From assembly GCF_009914755.1 (NCBI RefSeq), contig NC_060935.1: DNA of 64,000 nt. The stretch is one strand, 5' to 3'. A program made the translations under genes and the position numbers. This DNA is from the human T2T-CHM13v2.0 reference genome, Homo sapiens. Below the pieces are notes generated by a model. The model did not search any database. It saw only the letters and a list, made by a program, of their open reading frames with translations, and had not been told where the DNA came from. Of this stretch, positions 44,440 through 60,995 are shown piece by piece; position 1 is the stretch's first letter, and every line of letters starts with the position of its first letter.

Positions 44440-46705
44440 TGTATTAATCTGTTGCATGCTGCTGATAAAGACATACCTGAGACTGGGCAATTTGCCAAAA
44501 GAAAAAAAAAGTTTATTGGACTTACAATTCCATGTGGCTGGGGAGGCCTCACAATTATGGCAGAAGGCAAAAAGCACTTCTCACATGGTGGCAGACAGGA
44601 GAAAAGAGCTTGTGCAGGAAAACTTCCCTTTTTAAAACCATCAGATCTCATGAGACTTATTCACTATCACAGGAACAGCACAGGAAAGATCTGCCCCCAT
44701 GATTCAATTACCTCCCACCAGCTTCCTCCCATGACAAGTGGGAATTCAGAATGAGATTAGGGTGGGGACACAGCCAAACCATATCATTCCAACCCTGCTC
44801 CCTCCCAAATCTCATGTCCTCACATTTCAAAACCAATCACATCTTTCCCACAGTCCCCCAAAATCTTAGCTCATTTCAGCATTAACTCAAAAGTCCACAG
44901 TCCAAAGTCTCACCTGAAACAAGGCAAGTCCCTGCCACTTATGAGACTGTAAAATCGAAAGCATGTTAGTTACTTCCTAGATACAATGGGGGTCCCCGTA
45001 TTGGGGAAATACAGCGATTCCAAATGGGATAAATTGGCCAAAACACTGGGTCTACAGGCCCCATGCAATTCCAAAATCTAGAGGGGCAGTCAAATCTTAA
45101 AGCTCCAATATGTTTTCCTTTGACTCCATGTCTCAAATCCAGGTCACACTGATGCAACATGTGGGCTCCCATGGCTTTGGGCAGCTCCACCTCTGTGGCT
45201 TTGCAGGGTACAGCCTCCCTCCTGGCTGCTTTCACAGGCTGGTGTTGATTGTTTGTGGCTCTTTCAGGTGCACAGTGCAAGCTGCCGGTGCATCTACCAT
45301 TCTGGGGTCTGGAGGATCGTGGCCCTCTTCTCACAGCTCCACAAGGCAGTGCCCCAGTAGGGACTCTGTGTGTGGGCTCTGACCCCAAGTTGTACTTCAG
45401 CACTGCCCTAGCAGAGGTTCTCCATGAGGGCCCACCCCTGCAGCAAACTTCTGTCTGGGCATCCAGGCATTTCCATACAGCCTCTGAAATCTAGGTGGAG
45501 GTTCCCAAACCTCAATTCTTGACTTCAATGCACTTTCAGTCTCAACACCACCTGGAAGTTGCCAAGGCTTTGGGCTTCCACTGTATGAAACCATGGCCTG
45601 AGCTCTATGTTGGCCACTTTTAGCCATGGCCGGAGCAGCTAGGATGCAGGACACCAAGTCCCTAGGCTTCACACAGCACGGGGACCCTGGGCCCAGCCCA
45701 CAAAACCATTTTTTCCTCCTATATCCCCAGGCCTCTGATGGGAAGGGCTGCTGTGAAGACCTCTGACATGCCCTGGAGACATTTTCCCCATTGCTTTGGG
45801 GATTAACATCTGGCTCCTCATTCCTTATGCAAATTTCTGCAGCCAGCTTCAATTTCTCCTCAGAAAATGGAATTTTCATTTGTATCACATTGTTAGATTT
45901 TAAATTGTCTGAACTTTTACGCTCTGCTTCCCTTATAAAACTGAATGCTTTTAACAGCACCCAAGTCAGCTCTTGAATGCTTTGCTCCTTAGAAATTTCT
46001 TCCATCAGATACCCTAAATCATCTCTCTCAAGTTCAAAGTTTCACAAATCTCTAGGGCAGGGGCAAAATGCCTCCAGTCTCTTTGCTAAACCAACACAAG
46101 AGTCACCTTTGCTCCAGTTCCTGACATGTTTCTCATCTCTATCGGAGACCACCTTAGCCTGGACTTTATTGTTAATATCATTATCAGCATTTTTGTCAAA
46201 ACCATTCAACAAGTCTCTAAGAGGTTCCAAACTTTCCCACATTTTTCTGTCTTCTTCTGAGCCCTCCACACTGTTCCGACCTTTGCCTGTTACCCAGTTC
46301 CAAAGTCGCTTCCACATTTTTGGGTATCTTTTTAGCAGCACCTTACTTCTGGTACCAATTTACTCTATTAGTCCATTTTCATGCTGCTGATCAAGACATA
46401 CTTGATACTAGGAAATTTACAAAAGAAAGAGATTTATTGGACTTATACTTCCACACAGGTGGGGAGGCCTCACAATCATGGCGGAAGGTGAAAGACCTGT
46501 CTCATATGGCAGCAAAGAAGAGAACAGAGATAGTGCAGGGAAACTCCCCTTTTTAAAGCCATCAAATTTGTGAGACTTATTTACTATCACAAGAACAGTA
46601 TGAGAAAGACCTGCCCCCATGATTTAATTACTTCCCACCAGGTCCCTTCCACATCACATTGGAATTCAAGATGAGATTTGGCTAGGGCACTGCCAAACCA
46701 TATCA
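44440..46705 (-). mobile_element. THE1(B-like) full-length provirus: LTRs 44440-44786 and 46364-46705
   Basis: Paired LTRs; perfect 5-bp TSD GCATC (44435-44439, 46706-46710); internal ORF pieces 46042..46341, 45397..46005, 44966..45403. Confidence 0.95.
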
Positions 46706-49069
46706 GCATCAAATTGGAAGAGAGAAAGTCAAACTATCCCTGTTTGCAGGTGACCTGCTACTATATCTAGAAAACTCTAAAATCTCAGCCCCAAAGCTTC
46801 TTCAGCCGATAAACAACTTTAGGAGAGTTTCAGGATACAAAATCAGTGAACAAAAATCACGAGAATTCCTATACCTCAACAGTATCCAGGCCAGCCAAAT
46901 CAGGAATGCAGTCTATTACCACAAAAAATAAAATATGTAAGAACACAGCTAACAAGGGAGATGAAATATCTCTACAATGAGAATTACAAAACACTGCTCA
47001 AAGAAATCAGAGATGACACAAATAGAAAAATATTCCATGCTCATGGATACGAAGAATCAATGTCATTAAAATGGTCACACTGCTCAAAGCAATTTAGAGA
47101 TGTAATGCTGTCCCTATCAACCTTCCAATGGCATTCACAGAACTATCAAAACTATCAAAACCTATTTTAAAATTCATATGGAATCAAAAAAGAGCCCAAA
47201 TAGCCAAGGCAATCCTAAGTTAAAAGAAAAAAGCAGGAGGCTTTATTCTACCCAACTTCAAACTATACTACTGGGTTACAGTATTTGAAAAAGAGTGGTA
47301 CTCATATAAAAATAGACACATAGACCAATGGAAGAAAATAGCCCAGAAATGAAGCCACACAGCTACAACCATCTGATCATCAGCAAAAGTCAACAAAACA
47401 TGCAACAGGGAAAGGATTCCCTATTCAATAAATGGTGCTGGGATAACCGGCTAGCCATATGCAGAAGATTGAAACTGGACCCCTTCCTTAAGCCATATAT
47501 ATATAAATATACTCAAGATGGGTTAAAGACTTAAAATAATACCCCAAACTATAAAAATCATGAAAGTCAATCTAGGCAATACCATTTTGGACTTAGGAAC
47601 AAGCAAAGATTTTATGATAAAGATGCCAAAAGCAATTGCAATGAAAGCAAAAATTGGCAAGCGGGATCTAATTAAACTAAAGAGTTTCTGTACAGCAAAA
47701 TGAACTACGAACAGAGTAAACAGACAACCTACAGAATGGAAGAAAATATCTGCAAAACTATGCATCTGACAAAGGTCTAATATCCACCATCTATAAGGAA
47801 ACTAAACAAATCTGCAAGAGGAAAACAACCCCATTAAAAAGTGGGCAAAAGACATGACAGACATTTTTCAAAAGAAGACATAAATGTGACCAACAAGCAC
47901 ATATTTTTTAAAAGCTCACATCACTGATCATTAGAGAAATAAATCAAAACTACAATGAGATACCAAGTCAAATCAGTCATAATGGCTATTATTTCAAAAT
48001 TCAAAAAATAACAGGTGCTACTGAGGTTGTGGAGAAAAGGGGACACTTATACACTGTGGGAGTGTAAATTACTTCAATCATTGTGGAAAGCAATGGGGAG
48101 ATTCCTCAAAGAACTTAAAACAAGGACTACCTTTTGACCCAGCAATCCCATTACTGTGCATATACCCAAAGGAATATAAATTGTTCTATCATAAAGACAC
48201 ATGCATGCATTCTGTTCATGGCAGCACCATTCACAACAGCAAAGACATGGAATCAATCTAAATGCCCATCAGTGGAAGACTGGATAAAGAAAGTGTGATA
48301 CATGTACACCATGGAGTACTATGCAGCCATAAATAAGAATGAGATCATGTCCTTTGCAAGAGCATAGATGGAACTGGAGGCCATTATCATTAGCAAACTA
48401 ATGCAGAAACAGAAAACCAAATACCACATGTTCTCTTATAAGTGGCAGCTAAATAATGAGAACACATGGACACAAAGAGAAAAACAGACACTGGGGTCTA
48501 CTGGAGAGGAGGGCAGGAAGAGGGAGAGGATCAGGAAAAATAACTAATGGGTACTAGGCTTAATACCTGGGTGACATAATAATCTTTACATGAAACCGCC
48601 ATGGCACGAGTTTACCTATGTAACAAACCTGCACATGTACCCCTGAACCTAAAATCTATGTTTTTAGAAAAATAGCTTCAGGTAGCTCATCAGATTATAC
48701 ATAAACTACATCTTTTTCCAGTATTACTGTATATTGTTTTATGTCCATATTCTGTTAATTGGTTGCATAACACTAAGGTCCATTAGTATCTTTGCTTATT
48801 ACACGTTCTCATTTCAGAGGTTTGCTTGGAGATGTAACTTTAATGCTTTAAGTATTCAAAATAATAAACAACATTTTCAGAACAATAGTACAATAAATGT
48901 TTGCAGAATTACTCAACTATAACCCATGCCTCTGAGAACTACCTGGGAAGCCACATTATACAACTTGAACAGATAATTCTGATTGGACCTGGATTAGACA
49001 TTTAACCTTCCCTGAGGCAATCAATTTTACTCACTTTGAATTTGGAATCCAAATGAAAACTGATTATAA

Positions 49070-49635
49070 CTTTGGGCTTTACTAAGATGGCTTAAAGTTT
49101 CCTTCAGTTTGACTAAAGTTTAGACTGGTTTAATCCATACTATAGGCCCCATCTTCCTGTTCTTTGAGGATTTACTTCAGAACACTTGTCCAAATGCTCT
49201 CTGCCTCTATGAAATGTGTATATATCTTCTACTAGCTCTCACCAGTTTAATAATTCAGAAACGTTCCTCTCTGAAGACCTGAGAGCCATCCGTTCAAAAT
49301 GTAGTCATCAGGAAAAATAGTATTCCATACCCCAGTTGCTGTTGAGTAGGAGTAGGAACCTAACTTTAATGGACACCAATTAGCATATCCGAATAGCCTA
49401 ATTACAGAGAACAAAACATTTGTAAACTTAAGAATGAGGCATTGTGCTTAATTTAATCCCATAGAACTATCTCCCTGCTAACATCCTCCAGTGCTTTTCC
49501 ACTAGCTCACCAGCAGCTACAAACCTCCTTTTCTTTCACTGGAGTTGAGTTCAATCTCTATTTCCTGTTACAATGGTTTTGAATAAGATATTCCTTGCCT
49601 GTTTAACTTTGTCCAATGCAATTTTTCTTCGAAAC
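49070..49635 (+). mobile_element. MER67-like ERV1 solo LTR
   Basis: CAGTTTGACTAAAGTTTAGAC...CTATAGGCCCC; GGAGTTGAGTTCAATCTCT...GAATAAGATATTCCTTGCCTGTTTAAC. Confidence 0.65.
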
Positions 49636-49974
49636 GCTTACAAGTGAATAGAGCACTTATACACACAGGATCCGAATGGTTATTATTTGGCATGGAGATA
49701 ATAGAGAAAATGATTCTTCAGAAAGAAAAATGAAGCATATGCAAAAATAAATCAGTGATGTAAGTAATAAGTGGCCATGAGAGAAAGAGGAAGAGGAAGA
49801 GTCGTTGGTCTTCATTACTGGCAGTTTCCAAATATTGACTGCAGACCCTCAGGAGAGCTTCCTGCAATATAAATCTATAAGATATCCCTGTATTCCTGGT
49901 TTTTGTTTAGTTGTTTTCAAATGATTTTCTGTTAATTATAACCAAAATAATTTTGACTTAGAAAGTGGTTTATT

Positions 49975-50329
<355 letters not shown>

Positions 50330-50935
50330 TTAACATTTTTTGACTAGCATGCAAAATCAAGGACAGGAGTTACGGGAATATGAATGGCATTTTGTCAAAG
50401 ATTTTCTCTAATATGCCTGCTTCATTTTGAGAAAATATGTATTTGGTAGAACATCTTGTCATCACCTCTAATTGATACTTCTATAATGTGGTAGTGATGG
50501 GAAGCATAATGTGACTGGAGAGTCGACAGTCCTTCTGTAGGAGTATGTCACTTTGCTTTTCCAGTGAATAACACCGACTCAAAGCAAAGATAATTTGAAA
50601 ACCAGAAAAAAGGATGGGTGGATAAAATTGGAGATGGGGCAGAAACATTAGAAGCTCATGGCTTCTAAAAAAAAAAAAACAATTTAAGGGAGTGACAAAA
50701 CAGTGTGTTTATTGTCTTTACCTACTGGAAATTTTAAGCCTTATCTACTTATAACCAAGATGGATAAGGATTTATGAAAAAGGCAAAAATGATTTAATGA
50801 AGAATAGGTAGGGAAGAAAATTAAAATAGCCAATAAGCATATTAAAATAAGGCAGAGAAGCTGAAAATTAACCATCTGGATATTCATGTACTCATGAAGT
50901 TTAAAAAAATTCAATAAAAGTAATGATAAAAATAA

Positions 50936-51339
<404 letters not shown>

Positions 51340-51383
51340 TATATTTTAATGATCTTTTTCTGTTTAGACGATTTTTAGTTTGA

Positions 51384-51839
<456 letters not shown>

Positions 51840-52637
51840 TTGAGTTGATTTTTGTATCTGCTATAAGATAAGAACTCAGTTTTATTCTTTTGCATGTAGA
51901 TACTCAGTTTTCCCAACACTACCTATTGAAGAGACTGTCCTTTTTCCATTGTGTTTTCTTGGCATCTTTGTCAAAGATTAGTTTACCTTATGTGAATGTG
52001 TTTACTTCTAGCCTTTCTATTTTCTTCCATTGAATTATATGTCATTTTTATGCCGTTATCTTATTGTTATGATCATGTAGTATTAGTCAAATTATTGGTC
52101 AAGGTGTATAAAGTTTCACTCATGCAAGGTGAATAAGTCCTAAAAATCTATTGTACAGCATAGTGCCTACAGTTAGCAATTCTACATTACATACTTTAAA
52201 ACTTGCTAAGTGGGTAGCTCTTATGTTAAGTATTCTTATCACATCAACAACAGTAATAATAATAAAGAAGGCTAGAGGAAATTTTGGAGGTGATGGGTGC
52301 ATTTATGGCATTGACTGTGGTGATCATTTCATGGGTGTATTTATTTTACACCCATCTCCAAATTCATGAATGGCTATATGTTAAATATATGCAGCTTTTC
52401 ATATTTCAATTATACCTCAATAAAGTGGCTTTAATATGAAGGTAAAAGTTAATGAAAAACACATATCATGGAGGGACTTAATAAAAGGTTTACAAATTAA
52501 AATAAAGAAGATGCAATTATACGTAAGATACACATTTTACTCGTCACGTTGGCAATTATAGAAATGAATATGGTTGATAATATCTAGTTTGGTGAGACAT
52601 GCTGATTGGAGTGCAAACTGATTGGAGGCTTTTTTGA

Positions 52638-52946
<309 letters not shown>

Positions 52947-55504
52947 AGAAAATGTCATACTATTTTTAAAATTTATATGCAAAACATTTGACTCAATAAT
53001 TGCATTTCTGGTATGTGTTCCACAATAATACCACCTGTACACAAAATATGCAAAACTAAATTCACGTTAGTATTGTTTGTTACTAAAAAATATTTGGAAT
53101 TACTCATATGTCTATCAATAGTACAATAATTGTCTTATCTAGAATTTCTACTCCACATGGTCTATGCACCATTAAAGCAAATTATCTTAATTATTATAAA
53201 ATGAAAGAAATCTACATGAAGTGTCATGGAAAGATGTGGGAGCATATCATAAATTGCAGCATGTTGCAAATTAGCAAGTTATAGAACAATATGCTCAGTA
53301 TTATTCCTTCATATAGAAAAATACATACATATGAACACCCATCAGGATGGAAACACAGGTATATGTGTAAGTATTTCTTTCACAATTTGTTTAAGTTAAT
53401 AAAATAATACTCTCTCTCTATATAAAACTGTTTACCAATAAATGTGGTCATCTAGATAAAATGGACAATTTAGTAAGATAATCTATATTTTAAAAAGTGA
53501 CCTAAAATCAGGTAGAAAAATTGAGTAGGCCAATATTCATAGAAAAAATTGAAAATATAATCACAGATTTAAAATCTTTCCAAAATAAAATTCTATCAAA
53601 CTTCAAAAGACATTGCTTAAAGTATTTCAAAATATAGGAGGAAAAAAAAAAGCCTACCAATCTCTATAATAACATAAACATGAGTATTACATCTACAATT
53701 AAAATAAGAAGAGACTGAACTCAAATACTAACATACACACAAAAAAACTTCTAAATAAAGTATTACCAATTTGAACCTAGAGTTATTTTTAAATAATGCT
53801 TTTTAAATGTATTATTTATCCCATAAATATAAAGGTGGCTTGATAGTAAAATAATTATTAGCAATATTTCACTAATTTAAGAGATTAAAAAAGACAATTT
53901 GATATCATCTTGGTAGGTACTATAAATAACAAATTGACAACAATTTTAATAACCACCCTTGATTAAAATAAAAACCTATAAGTCATGTAGCTATAATATA
54001 TTATAATATATATTTGCCATAAGCTTGTTATTTTTAGGTGTAATTTTCCAGTAGGTAAAAATCATGGTGCTCAGACAAATATAAAATAAATGCCAGTTAG
54101 AGATTTGTTTAATTTATTATTTAATGAGGAAAAAAGTAAGATATTGTGGCCAGTTTGGAGGGCATTATGAACTAAGCATGTATAAACAGCGCTAGAAAAA
54201 GATTGCTGGATTAGATACAATATTGATTTATGTATGACAGGGTCATAAACATTTAAGGGTTATCTGGTCTACCAGAGGAACATTATTTGCATCTTTACTA
54301 GATCAAAAAGTCTACTGGACCAAAAAGTCTTCAAGTTAACATGGAATCTGGGACATTAATAAATAATAAACTGTGAGACAAGCTAAGTACATTCCCCTAG
54401 ATCATCACTGGGTAACTGTTGCTCCCATTTTGCATTAAAAGGATGTACTGCATGCTTTTATGCCTTAATTTGAAAATTTCAGATGAGTTTTCTGACAATA
54501 TAGAGTATCTTCATGGGATTCCCAGAAATTACGTTTTCATTGTGTTTCATTGTGGCACACTGAAAACATTTGAGCTGATATCACAACCATTAATCTACCA
54601 CCATCACTATTTCTCTGCAACTTTAGATTTTAAATTCCATGCTAGTTAGTTAGGTTAATGTTAGTTTTCATCACCTGCATGTATGCAATACCTTGGTACA
54701 ACACCAAGAACTTTGTTGGGACTAAATACTTTTAATATAATATAACAGACTGTATGCTACATAAAAGAAGAGACTGGATCTCTTTCATCTGCTATTGAAT
54801 ATACAACATGAAGGATAGCTTTTTGCATAAAAAATGTGCTTCATAAATAAGTTGAAGGAAAGCATAAATTAAGGAATGAATTAATTTTTATCACTAATGC
54901 ATTAAGAACTATTCTAACAGAGAGTAGATAAAATTAGACTGAAGCAGTAGTTTTTAGTTTAGAAAAAAATCTAGTGTTGAACAAGAAAGCAATGTGTAAA
55001 GATGAATATGAGAAATAATCTTTCATGAACTCATGTAGCAAGGAATGCAAGTGTCCTGGAAAGGAAGGGTCCAAACCAAGATCCAGGCAGGCTGGTGATA
55101 GCCACACTTAAAATTCTTAATTGCGCAAGAGAACAAAATATAAAAAAGCTGTAGCACGTAGTGTGGAATCCCTACTTAGCTTTAAAAATAATCAGGACTT
55201 TCTTGACCTCAGGCTTGCAAACTTCACTTAGCAAAACAAAGCCTCTGCAATTAGGCTCATCATTTTTAGATATTTCCTTCATTAAATGCCATCGTTACCT
55301 ATCATCTGCTATTACTACACCAGAGATACAAACAGAAAGCGATTTACTCTTCCTCCACTGTCCTCTCAAATGCAAATTGTGTACTATTTCTTCCTTGTGT
55401 CTTAAATAAAACTCCTAATTTGGGAAATATCTTTTGAAAAAATGAAAATTCTTCCACAATAGCTTTAGTCCTCAAAATACTTATAGTCTAGCAATTAAAA
55501 ATAA

Positions 55505-57660
55505 ATTTCTATTGTGTATTTGTACCACATTTTCTTTATGCATTCATCCGTTGTTGGACACTGAGGCTGATTCCACACCTTGGCTCTTGTGAATAGTGCT
55601 ACAATAAACATACAAGTGCAGATCTCTTCGACATACTGATTTCCTTTATTTTGGATACATCCCCAGCAGTGGGATTACTGGATCATATGGTAATTCTATT
55701 TCTAGTGTTTTGAGGACCCTCCATACTTCTAGGGAGACCCCCTGAAACTATGGCTATAGAATAAAAGATGAAATGCTCCTGATTATTGTAAATACAAAAT
55801 TGCATGCAGGATTGTGTAAAGACAAGGCCAGGTTGGACTGCCAGAATGAGCCAACAGCATGTGATGTGCTTCCCCCTGCAGAGAGCCTATGAATGGACAT
55901 GCAGTCAGGGAGGTTTAACATCACCAAGATTCCTATCCCAGAAAAGCAGATGTTCATAGCTCTGGGAACTTGTGGAGAGCCTATAAACAGACACATGGCG
56001 GGGCACCTGTCCATATGGATAAGATAGGGCTATAAATGCCCTCACCTTGCCACGGCTCTTCTAGGCCTCTTTAGGGTTAAGGCATACTCCCTTCTGAGAA
56101 TTCCTGGTCTAACCGGTTGTCTAGCTTCATGTCCTGTTTCTATGGATTGTTTGTTTGTAACCAGCTTTTGCTGCAACTGTTATTGCCAATTAATATCTTG
56201 CTAATCATAGGTTATGGAAAAATTGTGTTTCTGTTTTCAGGCTCTGTTAGAAATTACTGACACACACACTATATTGTAAATTCTTATCTCTGTATATGTA
56301 CTTCTACATCCAAATATACTGTACTTCTACATACAAATGTTATGTTAAAAAATTACTTCATGCCCATGTGACCATCTCACCTCATAATCAAATGACTCTA
56401 ATCCCTCACTAACCTACCCCTGCCCTCACTAAACTTAATAATAAATGCTGGTATATCCAGTGCATTGTTGGCACCGTGGGACCAGAAGTTTGTGACCCCC
56501 CTGGACCCAGCTTTCACTATCTTGTGTGTGTCTATTATTTCTCAACCTGCCGATCCACCTGGGAACAAAGAGAGAGCCCCGTTGCATTGCGGGCTGCTGG
56601 CCAGATCCCGCAGTACATACTGTTCTCCATAGTGGTTGTACTAATTTACATTTCCCCCAACCATGTACAAGGAAGGGTTCCTCTTTCTCCACATCCTTGC
56701 TGTCAATTGTTAGTGCCTGTCTTTTGGATAAAAGCCATTTTAACTTGGGTGAGATGATATCTCATTGTAGTTTTGATTTCCATTTATCTGATGATTAGAG
56801 ATGTTGAACATTTCTTCATATACCTGTTGGCCATTTGTATATCTTCTTTTGATAAATGTCTATTCTGATCTTTTGCCCATTTTTAATTGGATTATTTGGT
56901 TATTTTCTATTGAGTTGTTAGAGGTCCTTGTATCTTGGTTATTAATCCCTTGTCAGATGAGTAGCTTACAAATATTTATCCCATTTTGTGGGTTGTCTCT
57001 TTACTGTTGATTGTTACCTTTGCTGTGCAGAAGCTTTTTAACTTGATGTGATCCCATTTGTCCATTCTTGCTTTGGTTGCCTGTGCTTTTGAGATACTAC
57101 TCAAGAAAACTTTGCCCAGACCAATGTCCAGTGCTTTTTTCTGGTAGCTTCAATGGACTATCATGTAAGCATTAGAAATCCTGTCATTTGTAACGACATG
57201 GATGGAACTGGAGGACATTGTGTTAAGTGAAATAACCCAGTTACAGAAAGACAAATTTCACACATTCTCACTAATATTTGGGAGCTACAAGAAAATGAAC
57301 TCATGGGGATATAGAGTAGATTGATGGGTACTAGAAGTCTGGGAAGCATAGCAGTGAGGGAAGGATAATGTAAGAAGGGTTAAAGGAGACAAACACACAG
57401 AATGAATAAGATCTGGTATTTGGTAGACCAATAGGGTGGGTTTAGTTCACAATCGTTTATTGTGTGAATATATGTTAAAATAACTAAAAGAGTGAAATTG
57501 GAATGTTCCTAACAAAAAATAATAAGTACATGAGGTGATGGATGCTACAATTACCCTCATTTGATCATTACCCAATGTATGTCTGTATCAATGTATCACA
57601 TGTACCACACACAAATATACAACTATTATGTACCCATAATGATTTAAACTTATTTTTAAG
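55505..57660. mobile_element. L1MA-type element with 5' inversion (antisense 55505-57150, sense 3' end ~57170-57660)
   Basis: Left end of the inverted piece and start of the sense piece map to adjacent L1 positions; ATAA(A/G)TTTCTA at both outer flanks. Confidence 0.75.
55728..56615 (+). mobile_element. MER11D-like solo LTR (HERV-K HML-7 group)
   Basis: Starts T(C)TAGGGAGACCCCCTGAAACTAT; TATAAA and AATAAA inside; perfect 6-bp TSD CATACT (55722-55727, 56616-56621), typical of betaretrovirus-like ERVs. Confidence 0.82.
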
Positions 57661-57789
57661 TTAATTAATTAATTCATAAGTTTCTAAAACCTTCTTCTCC
57701 TCCAGCTTGGTTCTGCTTCAGGCTAAGAGGACTACATTGACATGACAAGGTCTGCTGACCTCCATTTCTCCATTTATCTGACTTGAGCA

Positions 57790-57871
57790 TTTCTTCCTTT
57801 TTCTTTTTTTCTTTTTTTTTTTTTGAGACAGAGTCTCACTCTGTTGCCCAGGCTGGAGTGCAGTGGCATGG
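57790..57871 (-). mobile_element. Alu 3'-end fragment with tail
   Basis: T-rich tail plus GAGACAGAGTCTCACTCTGTTGCCCAGGCTGGAGTGCAGTGGCATG. Confidence 0.85.
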
Positions 57872-57979
57872 AAGGTGGTCTTTTTTTAAACGGGTGCTTT
57901 CTAAGCCCTTTGGAGATAAGACTTTCTCCATCCCTAGACGCTACTCATAAGCAAAGTTTTTAATACCAGTGATGCTTGA

Positions 57980-58480
<501 letters not shown>

Positions 58481-58896
58481 AGGCATAGTCCCTTTCAAAA
58501 AGACTGAATACAAACCCTTGTATCAAAGATTCTAATCTGATTCCTGAGAAACATATTTCCTTAGGTCTTAAAAGTGCAGGTTTACCTCTTGTGGTCACCC
58601 TTTCTCACATGGCCATCAGAGCAGCTGGCTGTAAGGGTGCCTTTCATAAATGTTCTTCTCAGACATGACTAATTGCCGATGCCACTGACTCTTCAAATTC
58701 AAGAGACAAATACTAATTTTTTCAAGGACAGATTCTTTTAAAAGTCTGTCAACTAAACCTGATGCGTAAAGAAAGCCTCTCTCCCTAATTGAGATTAAAA
58801 TTCCACATAAATCTAACAACTTTATTCAAACAAATTGTGATTCCTGACTTCTCTAATTCAGCTCTTCTATAATCATAAGAGTATTGTTACACTAAG

Positions 58897-59110
58897 CTAG
58901 GATTTTCAACATCAGCACTAAGGATATTTTGGATTGAATAATTATTTGTTATGTAGGGTGGTCCTGAACATTACAGAATGCTTAACATATTGCTGGTTTT
59001 TATACTCTAGATGTGAGTAGCATCTTTTCCATACCACCCAAGCCATAAATATCTCCAGATATTGCCAACACTCCTTAGGGGGCAAAAATGCTTTTGGTTG
59101 AGAACCACCG
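58897..59110 (+). mobile_element. MER20 hAT-Charlie MITE
   Basis: TCTCCAGATATTGCCAAC...GGGGGCAAAA...GGTTGAGAACCAC. Confidence 0.8.
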
Positions 59111-59829
59111 GGCTAAGGGACTACTTGAGAGTCACCTACTTTACATGGCACACATCCAAGGCCATGCCTTGGATTTGATTTAGAATGTGGCATAAGTGCA
59201 ACTGAACATTTCATCCCCTGCTCTTTTGTTTCCATAAAGACAAACTGTGAGAGTCCCATCTTAATATCCTCCTACTGCTGATAAACACATTTCCTTTATC
59301 CACTTATATTTCTAGTGATGTTTTAGCAGCCCAGCAATATTTTTGTGCTCTCCAAAGATTGTTACTGTAGGCAACTGCCCTATTGGCTTGCACCTAATGC
59401 TACTCAGCCAGCAACCACTGGCCACAGACATATGCCTTCAGAAGCTGGAGCAGTCATGGACTAAAGCCCAAGGATTGTTCAGTTTGGAAAAAAAAAAAAA
59501 CAGTATTTCTTTGAAGTTATGATTTCTAAAAAGCTCTGCAATCTGGGCCATCCCCAGGGAGAATAAATGCTTTGTTCCTTATGTAGCACCCTCAAACTGT
59601 AGGCCTGTTCTTATAAATACACTTACATCTAGCCCAGTCATACATTAAGCAATAACTATGGCATGAGAAAAACAAATTTGAGAATATCAGGAAATAAATA
59701 TTCCATGCCTGGGCTGTACTGTAAAGTTTTTTATTTAGACTTGTTCCTACCAGATTCAGAACGAATAAGTTGGGTGGGTGTGAGGGATGGCTAGAGGAGG
59801 TTATTGTATTATACTGCAATAGTACTAAC

Positions 59830-59888
59830 ATAGATATAGATATAGATATAGATATAGATATAAATATAGATATATAGAGATAGATATC
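59830..59888 (+). repeat. (TAGATA)n microsatellite
   Basis: Direct. Confidence 0.9.
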
Positions 59889-60336
59889 TTACTACCTAAG
59901 TATGTTCACATATCTAAGATCCATATGCATTTTATTCTAAAGTGTCAAACAATATGATGTATATGACACTGACATTGATTGTGGGGATTTATCAGAGTTT
60001 GTGTGCAAAGAATTTGAGCTTTCAAACCCCAAGGCTGAGAAAAGATAATAGTTTCTTAAAAGCTTATCTAGGTAAAACTCATGTTGTATTTTAATATATT
60101 CAAAGAATTCAAGTCTTATTAGACTTTTAAGAATAAAACTCTTTTTTAAATCTTTTAATAGCTTTTGTTTTAATGGAATCTGATCAGCATTTGTTGATCC
60201 GAATCCTCATCCATTATTTTAGATCATAATCTTGCTAATCTTTTAGACTATTTTCAAACAATAGCAAAATAATAACTCTTATACAAACACAAGATAAACA
60301 TATGTCAAAGATGCTATGTCAATAACGAATGAGGAA

Positions 60337-60510
60337 GCCAGGCATGGTGGCTCATGCCTGTAGTCTCAACTATCAGGAGGCTAAGGCTGAGCCCAGAAGG
60401 CAGAGGCTACAATGAGCCGTGACTGTACCACCACCCACCAGCCTGGGCTACAGAGTGAGATCCTGTCTCAAAAAAAATGAAATAAAATAAAAGTAAAAAA
60501 ATAAAAAAGA
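60337..60510 (+). mobile_element. Alu monomer (FRAM/AluJ right arm)
   Basis: Single arm ending GAGTGAGATCCTGTCTC plus A-rich tail. Confidence 0.8.
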
Positions 60511-60607
60511 AGCTCCTTCCAAATAATAATAAAATAAGGGTGGAAACCATTACAACCATTTCAAAAGAGAATTTCAAGAAGCACACGTACCTATGAAATA
60601 AGAAATT

Positions 60608-60995
60608 CTGGATTAAGAAAATATGGCACATATACACCATGGAATACTATGCAGTCATAAAAAATGATGAGTTCATGTCCTTTGTAGGGACATGGATGAA
60701 GTTGGAAACCATCATTCTCAGCAAACTATCACAAGGACAAAAAACCAAACACCGCATGTTCTCACTCACAGGTGGGAATTGAACAATGAGAACACATGGA
60801 CACAGGAAGGGGAACATCACACACCGGGGCCTGTTTTGGGGTGGCGGTGGGGAGGGATAGCATTAGGAGATATACCTAATGTTAAATGATGAGTTACTGG
60901 GTTCAGCACACCAACATGGCACATGTATGCATATTGTAACTAACCTGCACGTTGTGCACATGTACCCTAAAACTTAAAGTATAATAATAAAAAAA
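60608..60995 (+). mobile_element. 5'-truncated L1PA4-like 3' end
   Basis: L1 3'UTR; TSD AAGAAATTCTG at 60600-60610 and 60994-61004. Confidence 0.92.

Larger units (their letters stand above)
38483..48660 (+). mobile_element. Near full-length older primate L1 (L1PA13-16-like) with nested L1 transduction and THE1
   Basis: Long GC-rich 5'UTR from ~38483; ORF1 remnants ~40164-42320; ORF2 from ~42362 (ATGACAGGGTCAAATCCACAC); 3'UTR GGATCAGGAAAAATAACTAATGGGTACTAGGCTTAATACCTGGGTGA. Confidence 0.9.
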
